The position numbers and the translations under genes were made by a program. A stretch of 64,000 bases of DNA from Utricularia gibba (lineage: Eukaryota; Plantae; Magnoliophyta), in assembly GCA_002189035.1 (NCBI GenBank), contig CM007991.1:620001-684000 (forward strand), given 5' to 3'. Positions 1 to 13,234 of the stretch are shown piece by piece; position 1 is the first letter of the stretch; the number at the start of each line of letters is the position of its first letter. Under the pieces are notes generated by a model. The model worked only from the letters and a program-made list of their open reading frames with translations. It had not been told where the DNA came from and did not search any database.

Positions 1-697
1 CATTTGATCTGGAGGCCCATAAGCTTGACAGGGCATATCCACTTGAAAAGATAATTCTGCAAGGGGAGTGGAATCATCTTTTAGATATTTTTAATAGTTT
101 GCAAACTGGATCCGAGACGAGTTTTGAAAACTACCCCAGCTTTGTCCGCAATAGGATCCATAAGCTGAAAATCATAAAGGTGGGATTTTTCACAATTTTT
201 AAACCTCATTGAAATGCTGTTGTTTGCTCCTCGCACTGATTTTGTATTTTTCTGGGTTCTAATCTTGCCTTTCCGAATCTTAGGATGAGTCAGAGAGGAA
301 AAAGATGGCCGCAATATTGTCTTACATCAACCATCTCATCCAATACAAGGATAAACACTCCATTGATGGTGTCTCATCCGCAAAGCATCACGTTCTGCCA
401 TCCATCTTTGCACACAAGTTTGCCTCCAAGTTTGGTGCTCCCTCAAATTCAAGGGGAGGGCTTCCAAAAGCCGAGCTTCTCATAAATTACGCCCTGGTGC
501 TCTCCCTGTTTGTGGACGACTTCCAAACCAATCCATCTGACATCTGCAAGGATCTGAGGATGGATCTCGTGAAATTGCGGCACCATTATCAGTACTTGGG
601 TTGCAAGTTCATCCAAGAGAACCGTGTTTCCTATGCAACCCTGAAGGTTCCCCTGCAATTCCCAGCTCCAAATCCAAAAAGGAAACGTCGAAGGTAG
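1..697 (+). CDS. RPA49: RNA polymerase I subunit A49-like (RPA49/PAF53), 3' portion; last two exons (<1-179, 284-697)
   Basis: Exon 1-179 reads ..AYPLEKII..KLKIIK then GT; acceptor TAG at 281-283 is in frame with ORF 305-697 (LINYALVLSLFVDDF..DICKDLRM..LGCK..ATLKVPLQFP, basic KRKRRR tail). Resembles the plant A49-like C-terminus. Gene start lies outside the window. Confidence 0.75.
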
Positions 698-1130
698 CAT
701 CAGATCTTTGCACTTTGGGTTGTTCCTTGATGATGAGTTCCTTAGCTTTCTGGATTCCTTTCATGTTGTTGTACTTCTCTTTTGTGTTTATGACCCGGTT
801 GAAACACTGTTGTTGACCCGGCAGTGGTGGGTTCATGTAGCCGGTTTCGATCCGAGTCATGAGATCAGTTTTGATGCCATCTTGCCCTTGAAAAAACGTT
901 AGACTACAGTTTTAATTAAATAAGTTTTAATGTATTTTTTATATGTATTACAAATATGTACGTTAAATATTATATTATTATAAATATATATTTATTAAAT
1001 TTATAATATTTGAAAAAAATGAGTAATAACGTTGTACCCAAGGCCTTTTTTTTTCAAGCAATTATTTTAGAAATGAATTGGTTTGGTAAATATTTATTAG
1101 TGGAATGATTATCTATTAGTTGGCGTAATG

Positions 1131-1156
1131 ATTGGCGCTTGATCATTTCCGCCAAA
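1131..1156. promoter_or_regulatory. Two E2F-type sites upstream of MET1 (ATTGGCGC 1131-1138 on +; TTTGGCGG 1149-1156 on -)
   Basis: Both match the plant E2F consensus WTTSSCSS and lie about 330 bp upstream of the MET1 ATG; MET1 is an established E2F target in Arabidopsis. Confidence 0.5.
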
Positions 1157-1480
1157 AAATTTGAAGTGGGCGCGCCATTTTTCTCCTCCAACAGTGCAGC
1201 CCTAGAAATCGAACGGGCGCCGTGGTATCTCTTCCATTCCCCGAGTGTTAAGAAGCTCTGGAGCATTCATTTAACCCCAAACATTGGGAATGGCGTGTGC
1301 ATTGATTGTGGATGAGTGAGATGTGCAGTTGCTGAGTCTGCTGTATGTTCTTCCTTATCGAAGCTCATTTCTAATTTGGTGGTTGCTTAGGTGTTGATCA
1401 GAAGCCTTTATGTAACTACGTCAAGTAGAAGGTCCTTCAAAGAACATCCTGCGTCTGCCATCACGACTTGAGTAGGTGAA

Positions 1481-4400
1481 ATGGGATCTATGAAAACTGT
1501 TGAAGGTAATTTGTCGTTATCCTTGCATTTCGCTTTCTTTTAGCACGTTTCTTGTTACATTTCTGGGTTGAAATACTCGAGAATGTATGGTTGTGGCTTC
1601 AGTGGCGCCTTTGAGGTTTACTCTTGCTTAGGCAGGAGTTCAAAACGCATGTTGATAGAATAGATTTTGTGTGTGTGTGGAAAACATCCGGCACTTAATG
1701 CGTTCGATGGTGTCTCCTGAAAATTTGATAATTCTGTTAGCTAGATACGAAACTAGTTTAAACCATGCGGAACTTTGGTATCCTTTTCTAGGGACTAGAA
1801 GTAAGAGGACTAAAGAGGCCTCTGCAACTGAGAAGCCTGGTGATACTGATCAAGTACATCTTAAAAGGTCTTCTTCCCAGGTTGATCAAACTGTCTGTAA
1901 GAAAAGGCCCAAGCGAGCTGCTGCTTGTGTCAATTTTAGACAAAAACATACTCCCATAGCAGAAAAGGACTCCTTGATTGAAATAAAAAAAGACAAACTT
2001 GTGGAGGAAGAAACTTTGGCTGTTCGTCTTACTGCACTACAAGACAATGGGCGACCCTGCAGAAGGCTCACAGATTTTTCATTCCACAATTCAGATGGAG
2101 TTGCTCAACCTGTTGAAATGTCAGAGGTGAATGATATTTTTATTTCTGGGATTGTCTTGCCATTTGAAGACATTTCCAGCGAAGAAAAGCCTGTGCAAGT
2201 TAGATGTGAAGGCTTTGGAAGGATTGAACAGTGGTCAATATCTGGATATGAAGATGGTTCTCCAGTAGTGTGGGTCTCTACAGAGATTGCTGACTATGAT
2301 TGCTTTAAGCCCTCTGGTAGCTACAAAAAGTATTTTGACCCTTTCTTTGCCAAAGTTAGTGCTTGTGTTGAAGTTTACAAGAAGCTGTCAAAGTCATCTG
2401 GAGGTAATCCTGATATAAGCCTCGATGAATTGTTGGCCGGGGTTGTTCGCTCCCTGAATGTATTAAAATGCTTCTCTGATGGTATGTCTATCAGGGATTT
2501 CGTTGTTTCTCAGGGTGACTTTATCTACAACCAACTTGTCGGCTTGGATGCAACACCAAGGCAGGGTGATCAGCGATTCATTGATCTCCCTTGCCTGCTT
2601 GCTCTACGAGACGAGCGTGCCAAGTTAGCTGGTTTAGCCTCTTCTTTTCCCTCTTCATATTCAGGGAATCTGACCATCAATCCAAATTATAAAGATGAAA
2701 AAATGGAAAAGTTGACACGCGTATCTTATCCAGAAGAAGATGATGAAGATTCGAAAATGGCAAGGCTGTTGCAAGAGGAAGATCTGTGGAATTCTTTCAA
2801 ACAAAAAAAATCCCGGGGTTCAACTAGTTTGACGGCGAAATACTACATTAAAATTAATGAAGATGAGATTGCCAATGACTATCCCTTACCTGCGTTTTAT
2901 GAGGCATCTACTGATGAAATAGATGAGTATATAGTTTTTGAAGGCGGCATTGATACACAGTATGTTGATGATTTGCCAAGAAGCATGCTAGATGATTGGA
3001 CTTTGTATAATTCAGACAGTAGATTGGTACCACTAGAGCTTCTTCCCCTTAAGCCCTGTGCTGACATTGATGTTTCCATATTTGGGTCAGGAATCATGAC
3101 TGTTGACGATGGATCTAGATACATGACAGATGAAAACGTGCACTCTTCAAGTACGGGGTCTTCTGACAATGAAGGGGTTCCAATTTTTTTGAGTGCAATC
3201 AAGGAATGGGTTATTGAGTTTGGATCATCTATGGTCTCAATTTCAATCCGAACTGATATGTCATGGTATGGATCTTCCTCTTTCTCTCTCTGTCCACAAT
3301 CATATCCTGCCATTTTAGTATAACTGACTGATTCATAATTGTCAACCTTGTATCAAAATTCTCCCTTTTCAGTGTAACTGATTTTTGAAAAATGCTCAGC
3401 TTAACCATCATATGCTCCATTTGGTTAGGCATACCTTACCAGGTTTCAAGTCGTGATACAGGAAGAGTTGCATTGTTCTAGTGTTCAGATTAAATTTTTT
3501 CCCTTGATTTTATATTGATTAAATTATTCATGCAGTTAGCCCTAATTTATGAATAAAAGGTAGATTTTTAATTTGATGTTCTTGTTTCTTTGGTTTTCAG
3601 TATCATAGTGCTAGTTTAGACAAATGTGTGTTATATCATTTAGTCTTTACAAGTTGTTTGAGTTTTAGATTCTGTTCTGGCTACGACATGAAGCGTTTCA
3701 TTACAATTTCTGCAGGTACAGGCTAGGGAAGCCCTCAAAGCAGTATGCTCCATGGTATAATCAAGTTCTGAAAACTGCAAGGCTTGCAATTAGTATCATT
3801 ACTTTGTTGAAGGAGCAGAGCAGGGTCTCAAGACTTTCTTTCTCGGATGTTATCAAGAGAATTTCAAATTTTAGTAAGGATAACCCTGCTTTTATTTCTT
3901 CAAAGCCTGAAGAAATGGAAAGATATGTGATTGTGCATGGTCAGATTATTTTGCAGCAGTTTTCTGAATACCCTGATGACATGATAAAGAAATGTGCGTT
4001 TGTGGTTGGTCTCACAAAGAAAATGGAAGAGAAACACCATACTAAGTGGCTTGTCAAGAAGAAGAAGTTATTACAGAGGGAAGTAAAGAATATGAACCCT
4101 AGAGCTGCGATGGGTCCTGCAGTTTCCAAAAGGAAAGCAATGCAAGCAACAACGACAAAACTGGTAAATCGAATCTGGGGTGAATATTATTCAAACTACC
4201 TTCCAGAAAATGCTAATGAGGGTGACCACATTGAACTAAAAGAGGATGTTGAAACTGAAGATCAAGATTCTACTGAAGGTATTGATGCAGAGGAGGAACC
4301 TTCTATTATGCCTAAACATGAGCTTTCTGATTTGAGAGTAGGAGTGTGTAAGTCATTTTCTGGAGGTAAGGATGTGGTGTGGGAAGGGAAATCTTTTCGA

Positions 4401-7400
4401 AAATCACCTACAGGTGAGCCATTGTACGAAAGGGCTAGCGTCCATGGAGATATAGTGAGTGTCAACAGCTGTGTATTCATGCAAGCGGATGTAGATGGTG
4501 ATTTGCGGAACATCTATTTTGTAGAGTACATGTTTGAAAAATTAGATGGATCCAAAATGTTTCATGGAAGAATGATGAAAAGAGGTTGTCATACCGTGCT
4601 AGGTAATGCTGCCAATGAAAGAGAATTATTTTTGACAAACGAATGCAAGAATATTGCACTAGATGGAATTGAGCAAAGTGTAAGTGTAGACATGAAAATG
4701 AAACCTTGGGGCCATCAGCACAGAAAGGAATGTGCCAATGCAGATAAAATTGATAGAGCACGAGCTGAAGAAAGGAAAGCGAAGGGGTTATCATTGGAGT
4801 ACTATTGCAAAAGTTTGTACTGGCCTCAAAGGGGTGCCTTTCTAGCTTTTCCTCATGGTCTGATGGGGCTTGGTTCTGGTACCTGTGAGGCATGCAAACA
4901 AAATGAAGCTGATATGGTAAAAGAAAAGTTTGAGCTGGATATATCATTGGAAGGTTTTACTCATCAAGGTGTTAAATATTATATTGATGACTTTGTTTAC
5001 GTTTCTCCGTCTTATTTTTCTGAAGAAAGAGAGGCTGAACTTTTTAAAGGTGGAAGAAATGTTGGATTGAGAGCCTATGTGGTGTGCCAACTACTTGAGA
5101 TTCTTGATAAGAATAATCCTAAATGCTGCGATGCCAGTTCTGTACAGGTGAAAACTAGAAGATTTTTCAGACCTGAAGATGTTTCAGTTGAAAAGGCTTA
5201 CTCTTCTGATATTCGAGAGGTAATATATATTTTCAGTTCCAACCATACTATTTTGGGCCTTTTAGATTTAATTAAGTTTTTTTATTTCTCTTGGATTCTT
5301 TTTCTGGTAGCAGTGTTTTAAAATGTTGAAAGTGGCATTTAATGTCACATCAAACTGCTTCTAAAAGGTTGGAGCACATCCTATCGCCTCGTTTTCATCT
5401 TTGCAGCTGTACTGCAGTGATGAAATACATGTTTTACCTGTTGAAATGATTGAAGGAAAATGTGAGATCAGAAAAAAGAAGGATTTCGAACCTCAAGACA
5501 CCCCTGCCATCTCTGAGCATGTTTTTTATTGTGAGCGTCTCTACGATCCTTCAACAGGATCTCTCAAGATGGTAGTACTTCATATCTCTCATCACTTTTA
5601 CCGATTTAGTATTTTTCCAGGTCTCTCATTATATATTTTTATCTTCATCAGTATCTTTGTTTTTGGTGAATATTTGTCGCTTTTATTCCCATTTCTTTTC
5701 TTTTGCAAAACAATCTCAATATCTCTGACTCACATCCCATGCTATATGTTTTCAGATCTCTCCTCAAACAAAATTAAGATGGTCACTGAAGCAGCCGAAT
5801 GGTGTGTCTGTGCCAAGGAAAAAGGGTAAGATGAAAGAAGGAGAAGCTGACACAAAATCTGCCATGCTGAAAATGTCTCCCCGGGGAATTGCCTAGCTAC
5901 TTTAGATATTTTCTCTGGCTGTGGTGGATTGTCGGAGGGTCTTCGGCAATCAGGCATTTTCTATTTTCTCATTCATTTTATACTAAATCGACTTATTATT
6001 TTGGTATATACATGATTTCTGCTATTTGGATTCTGAAGCATGCTGTCCTGCAGGTGTTTGTTTTACTAAATGGGCTATTGAGTATGAAAAGCCTGCTGCA
6101 GATGCTTTTAAGCTCAACCACCCTGATTCTAAAGTCTTTATAAACAATTGCAATGTAATTCTCAGGTATATGTATTTCTGTTTTTGGAGGTTATTTATAA
6201 TTTACACAACATCTGCATGCTTTTGTTAACTAACTTGATACAGAGAGTGACACTATCTTGTGCATTTAGGGCGGTTATGCAAAAGTGTGGTGATGCAGAT
6301 GACTGTATTTCTACCACTGAGGCTGCTGATCTGGCCAGATCACTGAGCCAGGATGAAATTGATGATCTCCCAATGCCCGGGGAAGTTGATTTTATCAATG
6401 GAGGTCCTCCTTGCCAGGTAGGCAATAGTTGTTCCATGATGGTGGGCACTTTTGATACTTGTATTGGATTTTGCATTCATAGAGACTATTTTTATCTTTT
6501 CTTTCAGGGTTTCTCTGGAATGAATAGATTTAATCAAAGTGCATGGAGCAAAGTTCAATGTGAGATGATTTTGGCGTTTTTATCATTTGCTGACTATTAC
6601 CGCCCCAAGTTCTTTCTTCTTGAAAATGTTCGGAACTTTGTATCATTTAACCAAGGGCAGACATTCCGTTTGACTGTCGCTTCTCTCTTGGAGATGGGAT
6701 ATCAGGTCTATATAGTTGCACGCTTTAGTTGTGTATCTTTTTGTGAAATGTTCCCGAGTAATGTCTATATTGATTTGTTGCATGGATAGGTAAGATTTGG
6801 TATTCTTGAAGCTGGCGCATATGGAGTTCCTCAATCCAGGAAGAGAGCATTTATATGGGCAGCCTCTCCTGAGGAGCTGCTTCCAGAGTGGCCCGAACCA
6901 ATGCACGTTTTTTCAGCTCCTGAACTGAAGATCTCACTTTCAAGGAATATGCAGTATGCTGCAGTCCGGAGTACTAGTGGAGGAGCTCCGTTTCGCTCTC
7001 TTACAGTCAGAGATACAATTTACGATCTTCCACCAGTTGCAAATGGAGCCTTTAAGACAACCATGGAGGTATGAGTTAGCATAAACTGGTTACGTTTGCC
7101 ATGTTTTCTGTCTCTGCACTAAGATACTGGCGTCACAATTTTATAATCCTTTAAGATTTTGAACAATGTAGTATACGAGCGAGCCTGTGTCGTGGTTCCA
7201 GAAGAAAATCCGTGGGAGCCAGGATGTTCTTTGTGATCACATATCGAAGGAGATGAATGAGCTCAATCTCATCAGGTGTCAAAGAATTCCAAAGCGCCCA
7301 GGGGCTGATTGGCGTGATCTTCCAGATGAGAAGGTAAAACAACCAGTGTGCCCCCTTGATCCAAGTGTTACGTGTTGTTTGTTTCCTTTACTTTGGCCTC

Positions 7401-8009
7401 ACTCACACCGTGAAGACTCATAGGTCAAATTATCTACTGGCCAAGTAGTTGACTTGGTACCATGGTGCTTGCCGAATACTGCGAAGAGGCACAATCAGTG
7501 GAAAGGTCTTTTCGGGAGGCTGGACTGGGAAGGCAACTTCCCTACTTCCATAACAGATCCCCAACCAATGGGAAAAGTTGGCATGTGTTTTCACCCAGAA
7601 CAAGACAGGATTGTTACCGTGAGAGAATGTGCTCGTTCTCAAGTAAGTGTATTCCCCCTTCTATTGATTGTACTATAATTTAGCTCTCTATTAGCCTGCC
7701 TTCTAAGCACTCCATTGGTTATGGACTCCAAACCCATCCTGCAGCCATAAAAAGTTGAAGGCAATATTGATCTGCAGTGCCATAAATGTCCACTCTGCAA
7801 CCATGTGAAACGGTTTTATTGCTAATGTTGATTCCTTTTTTAGTTCTCCTAATCTTTTCTTCTTTCCAGGGCTTCACGGATAGCTACAAATTTTCGGGTA
7901 ACATTCTGGAAAAGCACCGGCAGATTGGAAATGCTGTCCCCCTCCTCTTGCATATGCACTAGGAAGGAAGTTGAAAGAAGCGATTGAAAGCAAAAGTCAA
8001 CATAGCTAA
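1481..8009 (+). CDS. MET1: DNA (cytosine-5)-methyltransferase 1 (CG maintenance), multi-exon, with two apparent 1-nt frameshifts
   Basis: 25-nt first exon (ATG 1481, GT 1506) splices in frame to 1792. RFTS and BAH regions are in ORFs 1671-3323 and 3804-5321. Motif [17 protein letters not shown], motif IV GGPPCQ|[32 protein letters not shown]|GF and motif X RQIGNAVP are present. Frame breaks near 5854-5857 and 7938-7942; the restored frame ends at TAA 8007-8009. Confidence 0.95.
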
Positions 8010-9555
8010 TCCTGTTCTCCCTCTTCCACTCCTATGCCAGCACCATCAGAGTTGAAACCTTCCATGTATTCTTTGAATCAATGGGCATTATTCAGCAGTC
8101 CCCTTTGGCCATTGCACCACAGAAATTGGAATCAATGGATGAATGAAACGCTAGACTTGATGTCTTACGCTTGCGCAGGAGAATGAAAAGGGACAAACAG
8201 AAGCCACTTTGGGATGGCTCCCACTGTTGGTAGCTGTGAGGATGCTGAGAACCTTTGGAAGCCCCCATTGTACCTCGGCCAACAATCTCCTTGCCTACTT
8301 CACCTCATTGAATGCCCACATCGCAGAGAAAGAACAAGCAGCTCGATGCAACTAATGGATCAAGAATCTGCACAAGATTCTACATGTTCTTGGTCCCATC
8401 AATTTTCTTACAAGGAAAAAGAAAATCTCATTTTACCACGAATTCATGTTTTTTCAAATGGTTTTAAATTTTAATTAAAAAAATTCGGATTTCAGCTATT
8501 GTTTAAATAAAATATTCTCTGATTTTCGATTTTCTGAGTCAAATTCGAAACTGATTGCGCTTTTCGGCCGCGATTTAAAGAAAAATGGTATTTAGGTTAT
8601 AAGTAAATAAATAAACTAATTGAAATTTAGTATTCCCAACTGGTTTTTTTCTTCTTCTTTGGATGGAGAAGAAAACTATTTAACTACGCCATACCTCTCC
8701 AAAGTCCAAATTCTCTACGGGCGCCGGGAAACTGTGCAATTCGTGGTTGAGATTGTGTCTGGGATGTTTTGGTCTCGATGATTCTGGTACCTCGTTCGTC
8801 CAGGTCATCTTCTTGAGGTAAAATCTGCGAGGTAAGTTTGTTAATCATTTCAAACTGCATCTGGTTAGTGTTTTTACATTCTGTTGCGAGAGGGTTTTGG
8901 AATCTTGGTTTTCCATTTAGTATCGATCGTGTGAACTTCCTTTAACAGTGTTTCCAAACGTGTGGGGGTGTTTGAGTTTTTGTCCTTAAATAAGTTTTGT
9001 TCTTGAGGGTTTGCGCCCAATTTTTTGGGTTTGGGCTTTCTGAGGAATCTGCTGAGAGTGTGGGAGTCGGCAGAATGACCGCGCTAAACAATTATTAAAT
9101 GCGAGGCGCGATATAATAATTTTGACTATAGTCATCTCCAGTCTTGGGGATTCCGTGACCGCTTGTAGGGAAGGTTGCAAAGAAATGGAAGTTTATTGAT
9201 GTTTCTTTTGCCAATATTTTTACAGATACAATTTTTTTAAATTGAAATGTTGTATGTGCAGGTAGAGGCTTAAGGTAATGTGGGGCTTAGTTGAATTATT
9301 GCAACACATTATTCACTGCTCGGCGGCTTCAGTGCAAGCTTTTTAATTATTTCATTCTCCACAGAGAATCAGTGTGTCCCATTACTTCGCATGAAATTTA
9401 TGTATCCAACAACAGGTAGGGGAAAAGATTTGTTTATGTGGGTAATGCAGTTGCTGGGATCAACTTAGATATGTTTTATAGATGCTGTTATTTTTTCTTA
9501 TCAGTTGATATATTGAATACTGCAGGTAGTTGGTGATTTATGTTCTCCACCACTG

Positions 9556-11645
9556 ATGGGGCCAGTTTTCTACATATTGGTTGCGCTTCCTTGCACAGTT
9601 GGTGCAATCATGTTGGCTCTTGTCCACATTTATAAGCATCTTTTGAACTACACTGAACCTACGTATCAGAGATACATTGTCAGAATTATCTTCATGGTTC
9701 CAGTGAGGCTTCGTGATGTCAAACTTGATTTTTTCTTTTGTTGGGCATCGTGTTATATTAACTAAGTTTATGGTTTTGTGGCAGGTCTATGCATTGACGT
9801 CTTTTCTGTCGTTGGTTATGAATAGAAGTGCAATTTACTTCAATTCAATCAGAGAAATGTGAGAAAAGTTTTGGTTTTTTCTTTAGTTAACTTTTTTATT
9901 ACATTTAGGAAATCTTGATAGTGATAAAGCATGTAAAGAGTATATTTTGAATTCCATTGTTTACTGGTTACTCTTAACTGTCCCCTCCGTTTCTGTCATA
10001 TTATTTGGCCAGTTTGCCTTGCCATTCCAGTTTTTATGGATTCTGTATCTTTCTCTGCAGATATGAAGCCTGGGTCATTTACAATTTCTTATCTTTGTGT
10101 TTGGCATGGGTGGGTGGTCCAGGATCTGTTGTGATAAGTCTCAATGGAAAAGTTATGAAGCCAAACTGGTGTCTAATGACATGCTGCTTTCCCCCTATTC
10201 CTCTTGATGGGTAACTTTCCAAAGTTCCTTTATTTCCTCATGTTCAGTGGTGATAGGATTTTTATTATTTGTCACGTTAGATTCAGCCATAGGCTGTGAT
10301 GTTGCGCAACCATGCAGTATTACAGCTGTAATTATAAAGATAGAATTCTTGGGATTATATGGACTCTCATCCTTATATGCAGGCGTTTTATACGTAGATG
10401 CAAGCAAGGGTGCTTGCAGTTTGTGATTCTCAAGCCCATTTTGGTTGTGGCTACTTTTGTGCTGTATGCAAAAGGAAATTATGAAGATGGAAATTTTAAT
10501 CCACGGCAGTCCTATCTGTACTTCACAATTATTTATACAATCTCATACTCTACAGCGCTTTATGCTTTAGCCTTGTTTTATGTGGCATGCAAGGATTTGC
10601 TCCGACCTTTCAATCCTGTGCCGAAGTTTATCATCATCAAATCCGTGGTGTTTCTCACATACTGGCAGGTACATGTTATAGGAGCAGTAAACGCACATAA
10701 AGCATTGCATGTAATTGGCTAGGTCGTGACTTTACGAATAGTTTTTTGGTACTTTGTCATGTTACTGTTTTCATCGTTCTGTTGTCATGCAATCTTAAAA
10801 AATTATTACATCTCAAAGTGCACGCAGCAATTGTTGAAACAGTATATCTGTTTTTGTGAAAATTAATCCTCTCACAAATTTTTGATTACTGGAATCGTCT
10901 GGTGAAAAATTTAATAATTTTAGGGAGCCATCTCTTTCAGGGAGTGTTAGTTTTTCTTGCTGCAAAGTCTGATCTCATAAAGGACACTGAAGAAGCTGCA
11001 GAATTTCAAAACCTGCTCGTTTGCGTTGAGATGCTTATTGCAGCTGCAGGTCATCTATATGCATTTCCCTATAAAGAGTTTGCTGGTGCAAATGTTGGGC
11101 CGAATCGTGGATTTGCCGTCAGCCTCGCACATGCTTTGAAACTAAATGACTTTTACCATGACACAGTACACCAGGTACATGCCATGAATGTGATACATTT
11201 TGTGGATCCACTTATATATCAATACAACTTCTTATGCTGTGTGTGAGCCTGCTGCCTGTCAATGCATGCTAGGGGTTTTCTTCATCTCCTTTTTCTTTTC
11301 TTGCAGTTTGCACCAACCTATCATGATTATGTTCTCTACAACCATGGCGACGGTAGTGAAGGGCCGTTCAAGTACAGGGCACGGACATTCGTTCCCACCG
11401 GTGCAGAGATGGATTCAGTGAGAAAAACCAAGCAGGGGAATGAACTCGAAGGTGTACAGGTAATCAGTCACTCGACTTCCGACAATAGCACTCCAAGAAA
11501 CTCCTCCTTGCAAGGAAATGAAGCAATGAACTCCTCATTGCTCCATCATCCATCGAACCCCGTCTCCACTCCGTACGATCTTTCCCTTATGGACTATGAT
11601 ATCTCTGATTATCCCCACGGAGTAAACCTTGATGGGAAAAGGTAA
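9556..11645 (+). CDS. TMEM184 / DUF300 (OSTalpha-like, LAZ1-homologue family) membrane protein, 6 coding exons
   Basis: Spliced exons read HIYKHLLNYTEPTYQRYIVRIIFMVP|VYALTSFLS..REI|YEAWVIYNFLSLCLAWVGGPG..|RFIRRCKQGCLQFVILKP..PVPKFIIIKSVVFLTYWQ|GVLVFL..CVEMLIAA..FYHDTVHQ|FAPTYHDYVLY; all checked junctions are GT-AG. Confidence 0.9.
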
Positions 11646-12023
11646 CTTTCATGTCTGATGGTTCCTGTTACTGTTGGCTGACGCTTCATCATTTGAATTC
11701 CCTGGAGAAGTGGTGCGTCCATACCCTGCGTGTTATGAATATCCCCTGGTTTAATCAGTTCTTTCTAACGTGTCTTCCTTCGTGAAGTTCATGTACAACA
11801 CATCATCCAATGTGCAGCAAGGTTACAAGCCGCAATGTCATTTATGTGTAGATACGTAAGACAACTGCGTCTATCTAAACAACGAGGCCATATCATTTGT
11901 ATCATAAACATTGTGAAGTGGGATTTTGTGGAAAAATTTAAGATGGCTTTTATTTAGATGAGTTATGAAGAGTGTAAATACACAACAGGATTTAAAATAA
12001 CGCTTTGCTTTTGGGTGGCAATG

Positions 12024-13160
12024 TCACTTTTTAGGAGCAAATCCGGACTTGATTTTCTCTACTTCTGGGTTGGAGATGTGGAAGGCCTTGGCCAACACAT
12101 TGCTCGGAACCGAAGGGGCTGCCCCGAAGAGGGTGGTTCCGATGGACTGAGTGCCCGGGAGCTGGCTGTTGAATGCTGCAATGGCGGCGGCGGCGGATTT
12201 GCCGTTGTTAATTTGGAAGTGGACAAGGCCTTTCGGGAAGACGAATATCTCCCCCTTTCTGATGGTTTTCGAGATCAGGACGTTGGCGGTGGTGATGAAT
12301 CCTACGTCGAGTTCGCCCTTGAGGACGTACACGATCTCGGTGGCGCGTGGGTGCGTGTGAGGTGGGTTGATGCCGCCTGGCGCGTAGTCGACGCGCGACA
12401 TCGAGACGCCGAGCGTGTTCAACCCCGGAACCTTCTCGACATTGGCGGCGGTGACGAGGGAACCGAAGGAGTTGTTGGCTACCCCGGCTAGCTTCAGCCG
12501 GTCGGAGAAAAAGTCCTCCGCCGTCACATTAGCCTTGCATGGGAATCCGTTCACTTTCACCGCTGTACAAAAAAAAAAAAAAAAAAGCACACCATTAGTT
12601 ATTTTCCAGAAACATTTTCGAAATAGCAGTATAAAATAAATGATAGGTTCCAATCAATGAACCCTTCCAAAAACATCTGAAAGTCGATTGGAATCCACCA
12701 GTCATGGAGGAGGAGGGTAAGTCAGACTAAATCAATTATCCCAGTGAATCCTGAATTTCAACTCACCAGACTAATGGTGCTGCTATGGTTTGAATTCTAG
12801 TTAGTTACAATTAACTAGAGTTGTAGATTAACGTTTGAAGCTTCTGCAATGCGTCCAAGCTCCATTAAAGAAGAAAGATAATTTGAAACACTCAACAACG
12901 TACGGTCGGAGACTGCGGATTCTGGTAACATATTTTGGAACTTTTCGACAAAAATGCGATGGAAAACCAAAGCTAGCAAAAGTCACTGAACTATAGTAAT
13001 GGGAGAAAGAAAACGCAGAAAAGACGAAGAAGAGTGCGGTACCGGAATTGAGATCGGCGACGCAGATATCCTGAAGCGCTTCCGGATCGGCTAATGCTCC
13101 GCCGCAGAGAACCAGAAAAGCCGCAGCAATCACAACCGCTACTGACCACGGCGCCGCCAT
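12024..13160 (-). CDS. GLP: Germin-like protein (cupin), 2 exons (13160-13043, 12562-12024)
   Basis: Signal peptide then ADPEALQDICVAD|AVKVNGFPCK; germin box 1 GGINPPHTHPRATEI, box 2 GLVHFQ, AAFNSQLPG. Confidence 0.95.
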
Positions 13161-13226
13161 CGTAAAAACAGTTACTCTAAAGGACAACGAAGCGAGTTCG
13201 GGGGCGCTCCTCGGAGATGGGCTCTG

Positions 13227-13234
13227 TATTTATA
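13227..13234 (-). promoter_or_regulatory. TATA box of the germin-like gene
   Basis: TATAAATA on the minus strand, about 67 bp upstream of the ATG at 13160. Confidence 0.7.

Noticed and set aside
1778-1787. GTATCCTTTT, resembling a U12 5' splice site
   Set aside because: It is part of the polypyrimidine tract just before the MET1 intron-1 acceptor; no U12 partner is needed.
1671-1791. Upstream extension of the MET1 ORF from a GTG start
   Set aside because: It lies in intron 1; the 25-nt ATG exon at 1481 splices in frame to 1792.
11958-12491. 177-aa + strand ORF
   Set aside because: Antisense shadow of the GC-rich germin exon; no recognisable domain.
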